Part shown: positions 11,783 through 26,679 of the stretch, piece after piece
How the letters are laid out: every line of letters begins with the position of its first letter
How positions within the stretch are numbered: position 1 is the stretch's first letter
Assembly: GCF_006345805.1 (NCBI RefSeq)
Contig: NC_043006.1
Location: 94,984,001 to 95,048,000 of the forward strand
Direction of reading: 5' to 3'
Length of the DNA stretch: 64,000 nucleotides
Origin: Octopus sinensis
Taxonomy: Eukaryota
Position numbers and translations under genes: made by a program
The notes under the pieces: model-generated
The model's input: the letters and a program-made list of their open reading frames with translations, nothing else
The model's database searches: none
Told to the model about the DNA's origin: nothing

Positions 11783-13767
11783 TCTCTTCAAAGCTCTGTG
11801 TGTTTACATGCCACTCTATGTATATGTATATCTTAACCCCAAATACCCAGGGAGTATGAAAACTACAGAAATCAAAAATGACCACAGACTTCGTTAAAAA
11901 TCCATTGAGATATTTCTTGTTAAAGAACGACCCGAATTATGCTCATCACCAGGAATAGAATAAAAACATATTTTTCTGTTTTCATGACCTAAATTGAAAG
12001 ATACCTAGTTTTTGTTCAATTACGATATACGAGAAAAAATCTGAAATACACATATTACAATGTGATTATAGACAAAACTAAAATATAGAAAATAAAATGC
12101 TATGATCAGCTGAAATGAGGTTTAGAGCTAAACAGCACATCGAGGTACATATTTCTTTCGTCTTCCACATATTTCTACAATGTTTTATTTCAAAACGCTA
12201 ACCTCCATTTTAAAGGTCAAATCTGAGTTGAAATAAGTCCTAATATTAGCTATGTACTTGATCATTTTACATTTGACAGGTGCATAGTTACAGGCAAACA
12301 ATTTTTCTTCTCTTTTTATTTTAGTCTAACATAATTTTCTCTGAGTTTCTTTCTCACCATATATCTCTATATTTCTCCATCTCTCGCTCATTATGTATAT
12401 CTCTATCACTATGCATCCCCTCAACTCACTCTCCTTCTCATTATCTCAATCTCTCTATCACTTATCACTCTGTCTGTGCAATTCACCATTTCTCTCCCCA
12501 ATCTCGCGTTTTCTATGCTGTTAGCATTCTATCTTCAACGTAACTCTAAATATTTCTTTTTATGCATACCGGTGTATATATATATATAATATATATATAT
12601 ATATGTACATGTGTGCGTGTGGAGGGAAACACATATACACATATATATATATTCTTCTTTCAGAGTTAGATCAATCTTTTCTTCAAAAAAAGAACAAGCC
12701 ACAAATTGACAAAATGACAAGGCCTGCTTTTTTTTCTCTTTGTATCAAGACATTTTCCAAGGATTTGTGAATATCTGAGCGAGATAATATGTACGTATAT
12801 GTAGGCGTTTATATACTGGCCAGCATTTCAGTGGAGTGTACGTCTTCTTTATCCATATTATCAGCGTGCGTGATTACTTAAAGTATGTGTATATTCCAAG
12901 TACGCATATGTTATTTTGTGATTATGTCCATTCCAGTAAACTCCAATAGATAATCTTTCGAATGTCTTACAAATCTTCACTGTACCACAAATCTATTGGA
13001 TTTGCAAGTTGCAAATCACATTGTTCTTTTTAGAAAGACCCACGAATATCCGGTCTTTGGTGCAAATATGATGTTATATAGATCAGTTCACATATCATAA
13101 TAGATACAAATACATCAATGCTTGTATTTAAGCATGTGTAACATAGATTTCGATATATATATCTATATCTATAAATCTCTCTCTCTCTCTCTCTCTCTCT
13201 ATATTATATATATATGTATATATACACGTGTGTATGTATGTGTGTGTGTGCGTGTGAGGGCGCACGACTGTGTGTGTACATATATGTATATATAAATGTG
13301 TGAGTTTATATGCATGCATATATATTTAAACAAGAAAAATTTGATAATGACATCGAAATTTCGGTATGCTCAGAATTTATTAGATCATAGAACATTATAT
13401 AATGTCTCTTGTAAGTTTAAGTTTTCTGGCGTATGTGGAGTTCTGTTGAATGATAGTGCTGTTGTAGGGCAGGTTCTAATGCAAAGTCATTATGGAAGAT
13501 TTTTAATGACTAAATTTAGAGTTGTATTACCGTTCAGAATATAGTTATGCATGTAAAACTTTATAAGCTGAAGAGTCTATTTAAGTGAGCGTGTGTATTT
13601 GTCTGTCCGTGTTTGAGCGCGCGTTTACCTTCCTGTGTATCGTTCGTGATGTGTGTGTGCATGTCTCTATGTGTGTGTGTGTGTGTGTATGTATACATAT
13701 ATATATATGTGTATGTATAAGTGTGTGTGTATATATATATATAGAGAGAGAGAGAGAGGGAGGGAGA

Positions 13768-13776
13768 GATAGATAA

Positions 13777-13843
<67 letters not shown>

Positions 13844-13846
13844 TAG
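13768..13846 (+). repeat. (TAGA)n microsatellite
   Basis: Seen directly. Confidence 0.95.
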
Positions 13847-14559
13847 ATGGTTGACTGTTAAATTACTACAGTAATAGTCCAGAGATAACGTCTTTTATGG
13901 GCTTGCTATGTTATAATCTTAATATATACATATCGGAGAGCAATGGAAAATCGTCCACGCTGCTAGATACAAAATGAGATGAGTTTCGGCATAGCTAGTC
14001 CTTACTCACAAACATCTACATCACGCCAAGGAGACGTCTCCAGGATATAGGAAACAGTGAGGAAATCATTCACAGTTATTGCGAATATAAATCCTTTGTA
14101 GTGTCTATCAAGTTAAAATAACCCTGTAAGTATCATACTTAACATACATACATAGTAGAAACTCTAGTTGTTGCGTATCTGTCTCGAGATAACATTTCTT
14201 AAGCATTGATTTTTTAACAACACAATATATATAGGAGTCAGGCAAAACTCGTCCATGAAGCGGCTATTGTCAATGATTTCGTGAATGATGTGTACTATAA
14301 ACTAGCTACATGTTTAGACGCACAAACACATCTCTCTCTCTCCCTCTCTTTCTCTTTCTCTCTCTCTCTCTCTTTTCACACTCACATATCAATCAAAGCG
14401 TACAAATCTATACATCTATTACGGCCGATTTTATTAATTCGTTTCGCACTAGGGATTCGACGGAGTGTTAAGTAACACTCCGATTATGTAACGCTCTTCG
14501 CAGGTATACTTTATAGAACGAAATACGGCAACTTCTCTCTATTGTTGGAGGTGAATAGA

Positions 14560-15075
14560 CACATTTATGTAATCATGCGGGCCACAATATGTGTGGGAGC
14601 TTTCTTTGGTGGGGGGTTTCTATTAGATGGGTGTCCGCCGTACTGGGGCGAGTGAGTTTGTTGGTGCTTTAGTGGATGTTCTGATCAAAATCTTTCCCGG
14701 ACTCCCTGTGTTGATGAAAAGCCGAAGTTGGGGGACTGGTGATTATAGTCAAGATGAGGCACACAGGTATAACATGATGCACTTCATTTCGTGTGGGTAA
14801 GGCTCAAAAATTTCACTTGTGCTGTTCAGTTAAATGCCTGGATGCTATGTCCTCTTTAAGATCGCTCTTTCTTCAGTCAATAATAATCTGCGCTTCCTGT
14901 TACTATTGAAATACGCTTTATATTTTTCTAGAATCTTCCACTTTATACTGTACTCGGTGACACTTTCTTTCAATGTCCATACGGGCTTGGCCAGGGTTGT
15001 GGAATTACGTCTCCCTGGGATATTGAAGGAGGACGGGTGATTGTTACAGCGTGTTCTGAAGGGCCTTCCAAGTAC
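14560..15075 (-). pseudogene. Penelope-like element 3' end (GIY-YIG endonuclease C-terminus plus 3' UTR)
   Basis: Minus strand EGPFRTRCNNHPSSFNIPGRRNSTTLAKPVWTLK...YSIKWKILEKYKAY...LLLTEERAILK...LNSTSEI is typical of the PLE GIY-YIG C-terminus. Confidence 0.8.
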
Positions 15076-15380
15076 TTTCACACGTTTGGTTCCCCACCTC
15101 CAGCTTCTCACACATACTTCTTTCTTACCTTCTTATCTCTTCTTTCTATCCCTCCCATATTCCTTTTATCTATTAATAGCTCTCCTTTCCCCACCCCTAA
15201 TAATATCTTGACCAGCATCTAGCACCCTTTTTTCTTTTTCTTGTTCTTTTTCCTTCCCTACCTCTGTTCTTACCGTTAAGCATACCATTCCCATAATTCT
15301 TTTTCTATACATTCCCCTTAACTGTATAATTCTCAAAATTAATTTATAGTACAAGATCCTTTGAATGGACAGCACATGCA

Positions 15381-15665
15381 TAAAGCTCCACGAGGCTCCG
15401 GCAGGGGGGGGGGCGACCCCTGTTGTACTCTTTTCGCTCCAACTTTCTCTCACTCTTTCTTCCTTTTTCTTGTCCTCGACTTCCTATTACCACTGAGCCT
15501 GGATGCTCATTCATCCATCCGTCGATACTCTCGGTGTCGGGAGTTGACCTGCTTTCTCTTCTGCGGGTCTTACGAATAGCAAAGGACCACGTTTCGGACT
15601 TCTCCCATCTTGCGAGCTCTGGGACGAAAACCGTTCGCTCAACAGCAAGAGCAAGAGCAACAGCA
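15381..15665 (+). mobile_element. SINE family C body with an alternative 3' module ending in a (CAA)-like tail
   Basis: taaagctccacgaggctccggcagggg core is shared with 44145 and 48167, then the sequence diverges and ends caacagcaagagcaagagcaacagc. Confidence 0.75.
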
Positions 15666-15879
15666 CATGCAATTATTATCTGCGCGCTATCCATTTGAAA
15701 TAACAACAGATGAATTCTTATCAGATTTTACACACCTTGGACAAGAAGCTTCTATTCCCATTCTACACGACACATTTTTTGGATAATGGATCAGCAACTT
15801 TAACATCCAACATGTATTTTTATTTTCATAGTTTCATTTTATACTCTATGTATTATATCTAATCTTTCGTATATCTCTC

Positions 15880-16190
15880 CCTTTCCGGGATAACTTCTTT
15901 AAAAAAAAAATGAACTCTACTAATTCCTTTTAACTCTTAACTCGTTACGGAAACAGCTGTAAGACCTCCTTTTATTTATAAATGTCCTAGCAATATCAAA
16001 ATGCCTTGTTATCTTATTTTATTTGTTATCTTATTTTATTTAACATATAAAGGCTCGCACACGACCTGCCTTAGGCTCCTCACTCTTGCTATTATTGGAC
16101 CGGAAGCTTAACAGCTTAACCGGGAGCTTCTGTAGCACTTCCTTTGCCTTACCTGCCTTTTCGGTCTTCTGGATAACAAAACCTCTCACA
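15880..16190 (+). repeat. Penelope-pLTR-like remnant with the 3' half of a hammerhead
   Basis: GAAACAGCTGTAAGACC is identical to 31588-31604, but there is no CUGANGA core upstream. Confidence 0.45.
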
Positions 16191-16474
16191 TATGTGTGTG
16201 AGTGTGTAGCAGTAGCACACCTCTAAATTTAATCATTATATACATACATACATCAATGTATACATACATACATACATACAAACATACATATATAAATATA
16301 TACATCAGCCCCCGCAGTCGTTCGGCGTTCGCTCAGTGGATCGCCGCGCAAATGTTCGTGCCCACCGACGCAGCATCGCACGGTGCCGCCACCGTCGCCA
16401 CTGCCACCGCCACCATCGCCGCCACCGCCGCCACCACCGTGCCACCGCCACAACCTATTTCTTTATTACCAACA

Positions 16475-16686
16475 AGGGGCTAAACACAGAGAGGACAAAC
16501 AAGGACAGACATAGGTATTAAGTCGATTACATCGACCCCAGTGCGTAACTGGTACTTAATTTATCGACACCGAATGGATGAAAGGCAAAGTCGACCTCGG
16601 CGGAATTTGAACTCACAACGTAACGCAGACGAAATACCGCTAAGCATTTCGCCCGGTGTGCTAACGTTTCTGCCAGCTCGCCGCAA
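16475..16686 (-). mobile_element. tRNA-derived SINE (family B), near full length
   Basis: Reverse complement gcggcgagctggcagaaacgttagcacaccgggcgaaatgcttagcgg... has an A-box-like TGGC..NNTAG and a B-box-like GAGTTCAAATTCC. Confidence 0.88.
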
Positions 16687-18037
16687 CCGTGCCACCGCCA
16701 CCACCACCGCCGCTGCCGCCGCCGTCACACTTTACTAATTGGTTGCTAACTGATGAAGAATTAAGGACCCTCTGTGTTTGTCTTTCGTCCGGCTGTACAC
16801 TCAGCAAACGTTATGCCGTTTGTTTATTTACTATACACTGTTTCGTTTATTATGTAATGGAACGCCTCACACGCAGAATTGGTATTAACAAGTAAATTAT
16901 ATATACATATGTATGTGTGTGTGTGTGTGTGCGTGTGTGTTTATTCGTATACATTGAAGAAGAGAACGTGGGCAAGATGCTAGGGTGTGAGACTGAACCC
17001 GAAACTATTTAGTTGGCAAGCAAACTTCTTGCCACACAGCTATGTCTATATGTCTGTGTCCGTGAATGTATATATTTGTGTGTGTGTGTGTGTGTTGTGT
17101 GTGTGTGTGTATTAGTGTAATATACCTAGAATTGTCACAAGCGTTGGGTGATTAAGACACATTTCCCATTAACTAGTTTTCTTTTACAGTTTATCTAATT
17201 GTAATTGATGGAGAGGCAGGAATGACAACGTATTTAGAAGTCTGTTTTTGAAATTACAAGAATCCTGGTTCAATCCTACTGTTTGGTGACATTTATTCTT
17301 TCATGAGTTTCAACCCAAAGGCTGTGGTCATACTGGAGTATCGCTCGTGTTATTACATTTTCAGTGGCCATTCTTTTGTGATTGGCTTTTGAAGAAGGAG
17401 GGAGATCGATTTTGCTGCCCTCTTTTTAATGTCCTTACTGTGATGTAGGTTTACCTCGGATCTTGGAGAGCATGAGGTATGCTTTTAACTTGAAAATATC
17501 TACCACTACTTCATGTAGATTTCTCATATGCTTTGTAAGGTATTAAAGAGCTGCGAGCCCTTGATCCACTGGCTGTTTGAGTACATGACACTCACTCTAG
17601 ACGGGATTATAGGGACCTTTGTAACACTGCAGTGATGTCCATTTCAGGGGCTAGTATAACTCTCGATGCCAAAGTTTGGTTCCAAATCCTTCAGGAATTT
17701 TCATGTGTGTACTATTGCATATCTCCCCCATCTCCGCTACAGGGGAGAGGGTCATAGCTCTTTCAGCATTGCCCTCTTGCTCCGCTATTCCTTTGATGCA
17801 ATCTGTTTTGCGTAGCACCACTGAACCACCACAATTTCCGTTATTAATTTGACACTGTGTCATGACCACAGTTGAGAGCAGACGGTCGAGGCCTCAGACA
17901 AGATTCTTTCACTGTTTCTTCGGGTAGAGTAAACGTTGAGGGTAACATTATAAGTGAAATTGTGGGTGAAAACGGTGTGTGTAGAAAGAAAAGGTGTTGA
18001 AGATGGCCATATGGATTACAATTATAATTCTGATGTA

Positions 18038-18245
18038 CAAACCTATCAGGTAAGACAAGGATTTTGACAGCTATTTCTAGCATGCTTTACAAACCTGTCA
18101 GGTCACACTAAGATTATGACAGCTATTTCTAGCATGCTTTACAAACCTGTCAGGTCACACTAAGATTATGACAGCTATTTCTAGCATGCTTTACAAACCT
18201 GTCAGGTCACACTAAGATTTTGACAGCTATTTCTAGCATGCTTAG
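18038..18245. repeat. Tandem repeat, 4 x 52 bp
   Basis: Unit caaacctgtcaggtcacactaagattatgacagctatttctagcatgcttta. Copies 2-4 are nearly identical and copy 1 is more diverged. Confidence 0.95.
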
Positions 18246-18259
18246 AGAAGATGCGAAGG

Positions 18260-18291
<32 letters not shown>

Positions 18292-18922
18292 CTCTCTCCT
18301 CTGCATGTTCCCTAAACCTGCCCGTTCAGCAAGTAAAGAAGAGATGATTACAAGAAAAGCGGAGGATGAGGATGAAGAGGATGAGGGGGAGCGGAAGAAG
18401 AAAAGTAGAATATTGTTTTTTTTCCCTCGAATTATCTTTGTAATGACGGTTCCAAAACCTCACTCCATTCCACTCTGACATACCACTTCCATCTTACACC
18501 TCTCTCACCCCCACCTCACTTTTCTTTCTCTACTATTACTGTTCTTGTAGCCGTTGTTGTTGTTGTTAATGCTGTTGCTCTTAATCTGGTCGTGGTTGTG
18601 GTCGTGGCGGAGGGAACAGCATATTCTGTGACCCTTATGGAAAAACAATGTGACATTTACGTAAAGATCTAACATTTAACTTAGACATGGGCCGAAACGG
18701 AATAATTCGATTTGCGCAGTACAAAAAAAGACATTTAGTAGAATTGTTCTTTCATTCGCTTTCCCTCTGCGTGTATATATATCTACACACAAACACATGC
18801 ACGTATACGTGTGCGCGCACTTACATACAGGCACATATATATACATGCATTAGTTGATATATATATATATATATATATATTGCACACAAACATAGAGATA
18901 TACTCACGAGCATACAAACGCA

Positions 18923-18954
<32 letters not shown>

Positions 18955-19123
18955 CGTACGTACATACGCACATATAGATACATTTACAGATATGTATGTA
19001 TGCATGTATGTGTGTATACAGTTTGAAGTAATATCATGACCCCAGTAAGTAATTGCTTGACATACGAATACAGAAGCCACAAGCAAACGTAGACATACAC
19101 AACACTGTATATATGAAAATACG

Positions 19124-19215
<92 letters not shown>

Positions 19216-19324
19216 CATATATATACACATATACACATATACACATATATGTACAATGTACATATATGTATATAGATACACGCACACACACACACACACA
19301 AACATATATATATATATATATATG

Positions 19325-19362
<38 letters not shown>

Positions 19363-19411
19363 TATTCGTTGGAATGCATAAATATGTTTATAATACATAT
19401 GTGTGCGTGTG

Positions 19412-19467
<56 letters not shown>

Positions 19468-20497
19468 CATACATATATATATATAAAGATAGATAGATAG
19501 ATGTACACCCACAAACACACAGATACAAGGCATAAGTGTTTGCTAAAAGTCACTCAAATTTTAATTACATTTCAATGCTAGATGCTGATATACAAACAAA
19601 GACAAACATAAACAAATACGAATGCAGCAGCAACAGCAGGAACACAAGTAATAACATTCTCCGCTTTCGCCATTATCTGATCAACACATGTCAGTCTTTA
19701 TCACATACATACACACACACACACTCACATTTACACGATGAACAAGGCAACATTATATATTAAAAACCGAAAGATTGCTTTAAATTGAGGAATGACATTT
19801 CGTTGAGGCTGAATTGGCGTTGGACTCTAGGCTCTATACAGTGTTTCGTATAAATGCTTATCGCTAGCAGCTTGTACTATTGCTGTAACGAACGCCAGCC
19901 AGTCTTAGTCCATTTAACCGCAATGCTAACCTCGTGTAATATCTGCTTTTGCAAAGTGCAACCACAGAAATGGAAAGCACAATATTTCCACTTCATCCTC
20001 TTTATTCACGTTTTTCCATTTCGTGGTGTACTGCATATCGTTCATTCCTTGGACAAATTCCTCTGCTATATTAATTTTAGTTTCTTTGTTTATATAGAAA
20101 TATTTCTTACGAACGGTTTTGATATATGCGCCGGGTTTTACAATCCTGTAAATAATAATAATGTTATTTATATGAGCCTAAAGCTTATATCTATCACCGT
20201 TCAATGACTAAGAAAAATAATCTACTAATAGGGCGTATAAACCCTTCGACAGAAAAAAATGTAGGCTTTCCTATCCGCGTAGGACTCGAATCCACATCCC
20301 TTTGTTAACGCGACTAAGTGTGTTACTATTACATCAGCGAATTAGCCTCCCTGTTTCTGTCAAATTTAAGAACTATGTTAGTTCGTTTTGTTTTCTAAAC
20401 AAACTTTCTATATGCTTTTGATGCGAATGGCTTTGTTATACGGTGTCGGATTTTCCAATCATGTAAATAATAACATAATAATAATATCAAGATTTCC

Positions 20498-21325
20498 ATC
20501 CGCACCGTCAGCACTTGCAGGACCGATCCCGGAGGGCAACGGAAACAGCTAGGCAGATTTGAGGGAGTCACCACAGACGTATCTTTGCAGAGATAGTTTA
20601 CCGTCAGCTGAGATCTTTCAATCTGCCTTGCCAACGTCCAGCTAGGGGCTCCATCCTCACAGTCCGTCATCGATGGGCACGTCTCCAGTGAGCTCAAAAA
20701 TATCACAACTGGTGATATCAGCAGTGGGGGACAGTAGTCTTCTCTGAGGAAAGTCAATATTGCTTTTCTGTTGCAGATGGTAGAACTAGAGTTTGGAGAA
20801 GGGGTGGGCGTCATGCCGATGGTTCTGTGGTGGAGAGTGACTCATGGGGAGGACAGAGTATCATGGTATCGAGCGGTATTGCACTCAAACAGAAACTTGA
20901 ACCTTGGTCTTCCAAATCATCGGCCAAGGCCGGAGCAATGGAGTAACTGCTGCTCGTTACATCGACCAAGTGTTGGGCCCTCACACTGTGTCATACTCTC
21001 ACCGTCATCGGAATCACGTGTTCCAAGACGACAACTCCCGTGCCCGTATTGCCAGTTTGACTACGGACTTCCTCCAACAGCATAACATCCAGGCATTGCT
21101 GTGTCGTGCCCTAAATCCGGACTTGAACCCTATAGAGCACGTGTGGGACGAAATCTAAAGAAGCTTAAATGACATCAGTTGAAGCTGACAACTGCGACAT
21201 TTCTGACAGCAAGTCTTAACAGGGTGTGGACTGCTATCCCCTTGGCCTTCGCCAGTCGTTTGGTGCCTGCAACGTACATCAGATGCCTGGCGGTAATCAA
21301 CGCTAACGTGGTCACACGAGATGTC
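20498..21325 (+). pseudogene. Tc1-family (DD34E) transposase pseudogene
   Basis: WGTVVFSEES, DGRTRVWRR, GGQSIMV, HVFQDDNSRA, PDLNPIEHVWDEI, RCLAVINAN, with several stops and frameshifts. TIRs were not identified. Confidence 0.9.
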
Positions 21326-21780
21326 GAATTCATCTCTTTGGATTCAGGACACTCCCTCATCACGTGTGCCGTCAAACATGTTTCAGAAAATGACGATTAA
21401 TCATTAGGCAAGAATGGTTTCTTAATTAGCACTCGTCAATCAATGCTATTAACCAGTTTCTATTAAGTATGTGTGCGACGTTTCTTGTGTGGTTCAGTAT
21501 ATATTTGAAAAAAAATTTACACCCGCTTCCTTAACCATTCTCCATTCCTACACTGTGATTTTGTGTATACGCTCACACGCTATTTTCTACAGTGTAACGA
21601 AGCGAAAATACGCGCGCGCACGAGAGGGAGGGAGAGAGACCTGTCTAGCTGTCCCTTAGTGACAAACACAGACACACACACAGATGTATATATACATATG
21701 TATGTATCTGTGTATGTATATAGGTATGTATGCTAGTATCGATCTATCTATCTATCTATATCAATACCTATATTTATCTG

Positions 21781-21816
<36 letters not shown>

Positions 21817-22700
21817 TATGCATATATATATATATATATGTAAATGTAAAAAAATACAAACTGGGACAAGAACGTGAAACATTTAGAAGACGATACAAAA
21901 AACACGAACGGCTTCAATTTTCAGTCAAGAACCGGATCATCTTCGCAATTTCGGATATATACGACGCGCTTCTATCAATTTCTGTCTAGCAGATCCACTC
22001 ACAAACGATTTGTGCGGCCTGCGACTATAGTATAAGATCCCGGCTCAAGTTTCCGGAGAAGAATCCATAGATTGACAATGTGTCAATCTAAATGAGACAG
22101 ATCTGAAAAGATGATCGAGCATTTGCGTGCCTCGAACAGAAGCAGGAGGAAGAAGATCTCCTTTGACGAGCTGAATATTAAGACTACTTCAAAAGTTGTT
22201 TGTACTGTGAAGAAGACAGATGGAAGCAGGTGAAACCGATTGAGTACGTAAATCGTATTACTTTGAAAAAGTTATGTATAAATATGGTTGTTCTGTCTTA
22301 GCGATATAATTGTATCACACTAGAGAATTAAAACTAACTGAAGACATAATAACAAAATCAATACAGCAAACAACCAGCGTAAAATACAAATATGAAGGAA
22401 TCACCATGAGATTAAATACGTGCGCTTTTGCCTTTTTCCAACGCACCACAATTGTTTGTTAATTCTTTCTCCATTATAGAATTGTTTTCCTCGAAAAGAG
22501 AAAATAAATTTGTTTAATCTTCTGTCTTTTATCTTTTACTTGTCTCCGTGTTTGGACAGCGACCATGCTGGAGCACCACCTTGAGAAGTTTTAGTCAAAG
22601 GAATCAATAACAGTAGTTGTTTTGTTCTGTTTTAAATGTCTAGTTCTATCCAGGTTTTTTTGTCGAACCGCTAATCTACGTAACGAAGAGACATAGGTTG

Positions 22701-22757
<57 letters not shown>

Positions 22758-22856
22758 CCCTCAATACCGCTCGACAACTGGTGTTGCTTTGTTTATGTTC
22801 TCATTTATTAACTTAGAGAATAAGTATCAGGCTTGAAATAATTAAGTGTTGGTTTT

Positions 22857-22984
<128 letters not shown>

Positions 22985-23033
22985 ATATATATATATATAT
23001 ATAATACATATATATACATATATATATATATAT

Positions 23034-23075
<42 letters not shown>

Positions 23076-23093
23076 TATATTATATATATATAT

Positions 23094-23137
<44 letters not shown>

Positions 23138-23272
23138 ATGGATAGATACAAGCAGAGGTACCCGGCGATGCTCGGCATTAGAATAGCATAATATTTTATT
23201 CTGTTAGTTGCTTCAGTCATGTGACTGCGGACATGATGTAGCATCGGTTTTAATGAAACAATCGACCCCATG

Positions 23273-23329
<57 letters not shown>

Positions 23330-24021
23330 ATACATATGGCATCAAGCCACTGATCCAAAGCTGCCGTATAGTTGGGCAGAACTTAATACCATGCACCTGC
23401 AATGAGAGCATCTTAACCACGCACTCATGTCTGCTTTGTTCATTTTTTGGTAACTATATTATTTGGTCCTTCTGCTGTAGATTTTTCTGCATAACCGTTT
23501 AGTTGCAGCTGAACCATACACTCTTATAACTGTAGTAAATATAATCAATTTAACCAGCTTTTGAAGTAGTGGTATAAATTCTTTTGAAAGTGACGTTATT
23601 TTCCTGCTTTTCTGATCACATCTTGCTAATCTATTTAACTTCCAGTTGAGAATATTATACTTGTTACTTACAACTAAAACAGTTTCAGTATTGACGCCTG
23701 CTTCGTTACTTACAGCTCGTCTGGTAAGGTTAGTTGTAACATATTGGGCAAACTTGTCAGAGCGTAAGATTGAACTTTCTGCGGTAATGGGCTCAAATTA
23801 CGTTGAGGTCAACTTTGTAATTTTTTGGCTTTCGGGTTAATAGAATAATTTCCAATCCAGTTTAGCGGATTGGTCTAACTGTTATAACATGGAGCGAAGT
23901 TCCTCTGTGATATCCTAACCGGCACTTTGTGTTCTGACCGAAAGGCACGTAGCGATGCTGGGGCCAATCTCTCTCAGTCCAATACACTCCGCTTTTCTCT
24001 AGGAGAACACAAGTGATAGAA

Positions 24022-24380
24022 AGGAGTGGCTGTGTGGTAAGTAGCTTGCTAACCAACCGCATGGTTCCGGGTTCAGTCCCTTTGCGTGGCATCTTGGGCA
24101 AGTGTCTTCTGCTATAGCCCCGGGCCGACCAAAGTCTCGTGAGTGGATTTGGTAGACGGAAACTGAAAGAAGCTTGTCGTAAATATGTGTGTGTATGTGT
24201 TTGTCCCCCTAGCATTGCTTGACAACCGATGCTGGTGTGTTTACGTCCCCGTCACTTAGCAAAATAGACTGATAGAATAAGTACTGGGCTTACAAAGAAT
24301 AAGATTTGGTCGACTAAAGGCGGTGCTCCAGCATGGCCGCAGTCAAATGACTGAAACTAGTAAAAGAGAAAAAAGAGAAA
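24022..24380 (+). mobile_element. tRNA-derived SINE (family A)
   Basis: ggagtggctgtgtggtaagtagcttgctaaccaacc..ggttcagtccc head, internal (TG)n and an A/G-rich tail. Confidence 0.9.
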
Positions 24381-25167
24381 TGTGCAAGGTTCAGTTTGCA
24401 AACAAGAAAGGAGACAATACTCGTATTGGTTCAATATCACTTCTTATACTATTAGTCAACTGGTCAAATATCTAACCAAATAGCTGTTATCGCTGTCGTT
24501 ATCCCTGGCTGTAGCTTTGGCTCGAAGTTCCCCCGTTGCATAAAAGCAGTCCGTCAAAAATGACTCCGTGTTGTATTTCTATTACAATCTATCGTCTGTT
24601 TAATGCACTGATTAAGCAATCAATCGGTTGTTTCTTAGTCAAAAGTCTTTCATCACTAAACGCGACGATCTCAGTGATTTTCTCTCGCTCTGTCTGCTCT
24701 GCATATATCCGTGTGTTAGTCTTATACCTGTGCTTAAGTAGGTGTGTATGTAGATGCGTGTTGGCTGAGATAAGGAGTTATGGGTGAGTGTTAGTGAGAA
24801 GTTTGTGTGTGCGGTAATGCGTTTCTGCTTGTATGTGAGCTTTGTCAATGTGGTTGGATGGCTAAGCTAGTTATTCTCTTTTTTCTGTAAATGAAAAGTG
24901 ATGCACTCTTGTTTTTTAAACAATTCAAATTTTAAGAGCATCCTGGTTTTTCGCGAAATGCTTACCTGCCGATGGCTACGAGAATATTTGAGTTATATTA
25001 TTTACATTATTGGTTCTTTGTGATTACTTATAGATGAATATCCTTTTTATTGCTTCTGAGTAATGAGTTTGGAGCAATATTATAGGCAAACTCATATTTA
25101 CCAATATTCTGCCTCAAGACCCGGGTATCAATAATTGCAAAATCTTCGGCTGTTCAACATAAAATCT

Positions 25168-25169
25168 CC

Positions 25170-25255
<86 letters not shown>

Positions 25256-25358
25256 ATCTATCTATCTATCTATCTATCTATCTATATATCTATCTATCTT
25301 TCTATCTATCTATCTATCTATCTATCAATCTATCTATCTATCTATCTATCTATCTATA

Positions 25359-25400
<42 letters not shown>

Positions 25401-25404
25401 CCTG

Positions 25405-25437
<33 letters not shown>
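25168..25437 (+). repeat. (TATC)n microsatellite
   Basis: Seen directly. Confidence 0.95.
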
Positions 25438-25463
25438 AAATATATACGTACATACATGTACGC

Positions 25464-25496
<33 letters not shown>

Positions 25497-25599
25497 ATAT
25501 ATATATTGGTGTATGCACACACACACACACCACACACACACACAAGCACACATATATGCCGTTTCATGAACTGCTATATTCTGTATCTCATTTTCTCAG

Positions 25600-26000
25600 G
25601 GCAATATTCCGAATAATCTAATATCTCTTGTTATTTCCTTGCCAATATTGCCCAATGTTTCTATATCACAACTTTTCCCCGAATTCATTTAGTTTCCTCT
25701 TGCAAGATTGAGATCGGAAGATATCGCAGGAAAACCAGAAAGTTGTTGCCAATTTATAAACTACAAAACCAAACATAGTTGACAGTAACTCCTCATAAAT
25801 GCCTACAGTCACTTACAGCTTTGTTGTCATCCTCGCTATCGTCAGTCCTGGTTGTAGGTTTTAGTTCGAAGTTCCCTCAAACCATAAAAGCTTTCCATGA
25901 AAGACGATTCCAATTATGATATCTCCTTAACTGTGAAGTTACAAAGACCTGTCGTATTTCAAAATGTTCTTAATTGATATTTTTAATCAAGATAATCTCA
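25600..26000 (-). pseudogene. Highly decayed LINE remnant (RTE-like?), with a homologous piece at ~24480-24570
   Basis: 25840-25910 aligns to 24490-24570. The minus translation has only weak RTE-like post-RT character. Confidence 0.3.
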
Positions 26001-26679
26001 TCTGGTTGAACAATTGTTGATCCTTCCAACATAAATTCTTCAAGTTTCGAAGCAAGGCACACTCAATGTTACTTTAATCGCTCTTCAATTGATAAACGGT
26101 TTTCTCTTTAAATAATGTTATAATGATCTGAAACAGTCAGAGTGCATAAAGCCAGGGGTATTTTACCATATGTATTGGAAGCGTACCCTTAAAGTTTTCC
26201 TGTCAAAGAGGATTTCCAGTCTAATAAAATATCTAACACTCCTTTTTTTATTTTCTAGTACATAGAGTCTAATCTCACTGGTTCCTTTGGTGAATGGTAT
26301 TTTTAAGTAGCACAATCACGTGAAAATAGAACTAAAGGTCTTTTATCTTACGTTTAGGTTGATCAGTGTTGTGTTTATCAATCTCGTCATTTCTTATCCA
26401 ATGAAATAATTACTTGACTTCATTTAATATCATAAAATCGATCTGACGTGTTTGAACTTGATTCTAAAACGAATTATTTTACTTCGTATTTGCTGCTTTG
26501 TTTTAGACGAACAGTTCCAAGTCTCATCCAATGATCTCAAGTAACAGCCGGCTAGACGTTTAACTACGAATGGTGTTAATGAGCAGCAATGGTATAATGC
26601 AGGAAGAGTCCTGGGAATTAAGATTTCATTAAAAGATTGTTGAAATATTTACGACTTTGAAAGCTCTTAAACGATTTAT

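Noticed and set aside
14440-14500. 9-bp hairpin cggagtgtt-aagt-aacactccg downstream of the Penelope ORF
   Set aside because: It may be stem II of a dead hammerhead, but the core and stem III are not recoverable.
18038-18245. CRISPR-like array
   Set aside because: Pure tandem units with no unique spacers, in a eukaryotic context.
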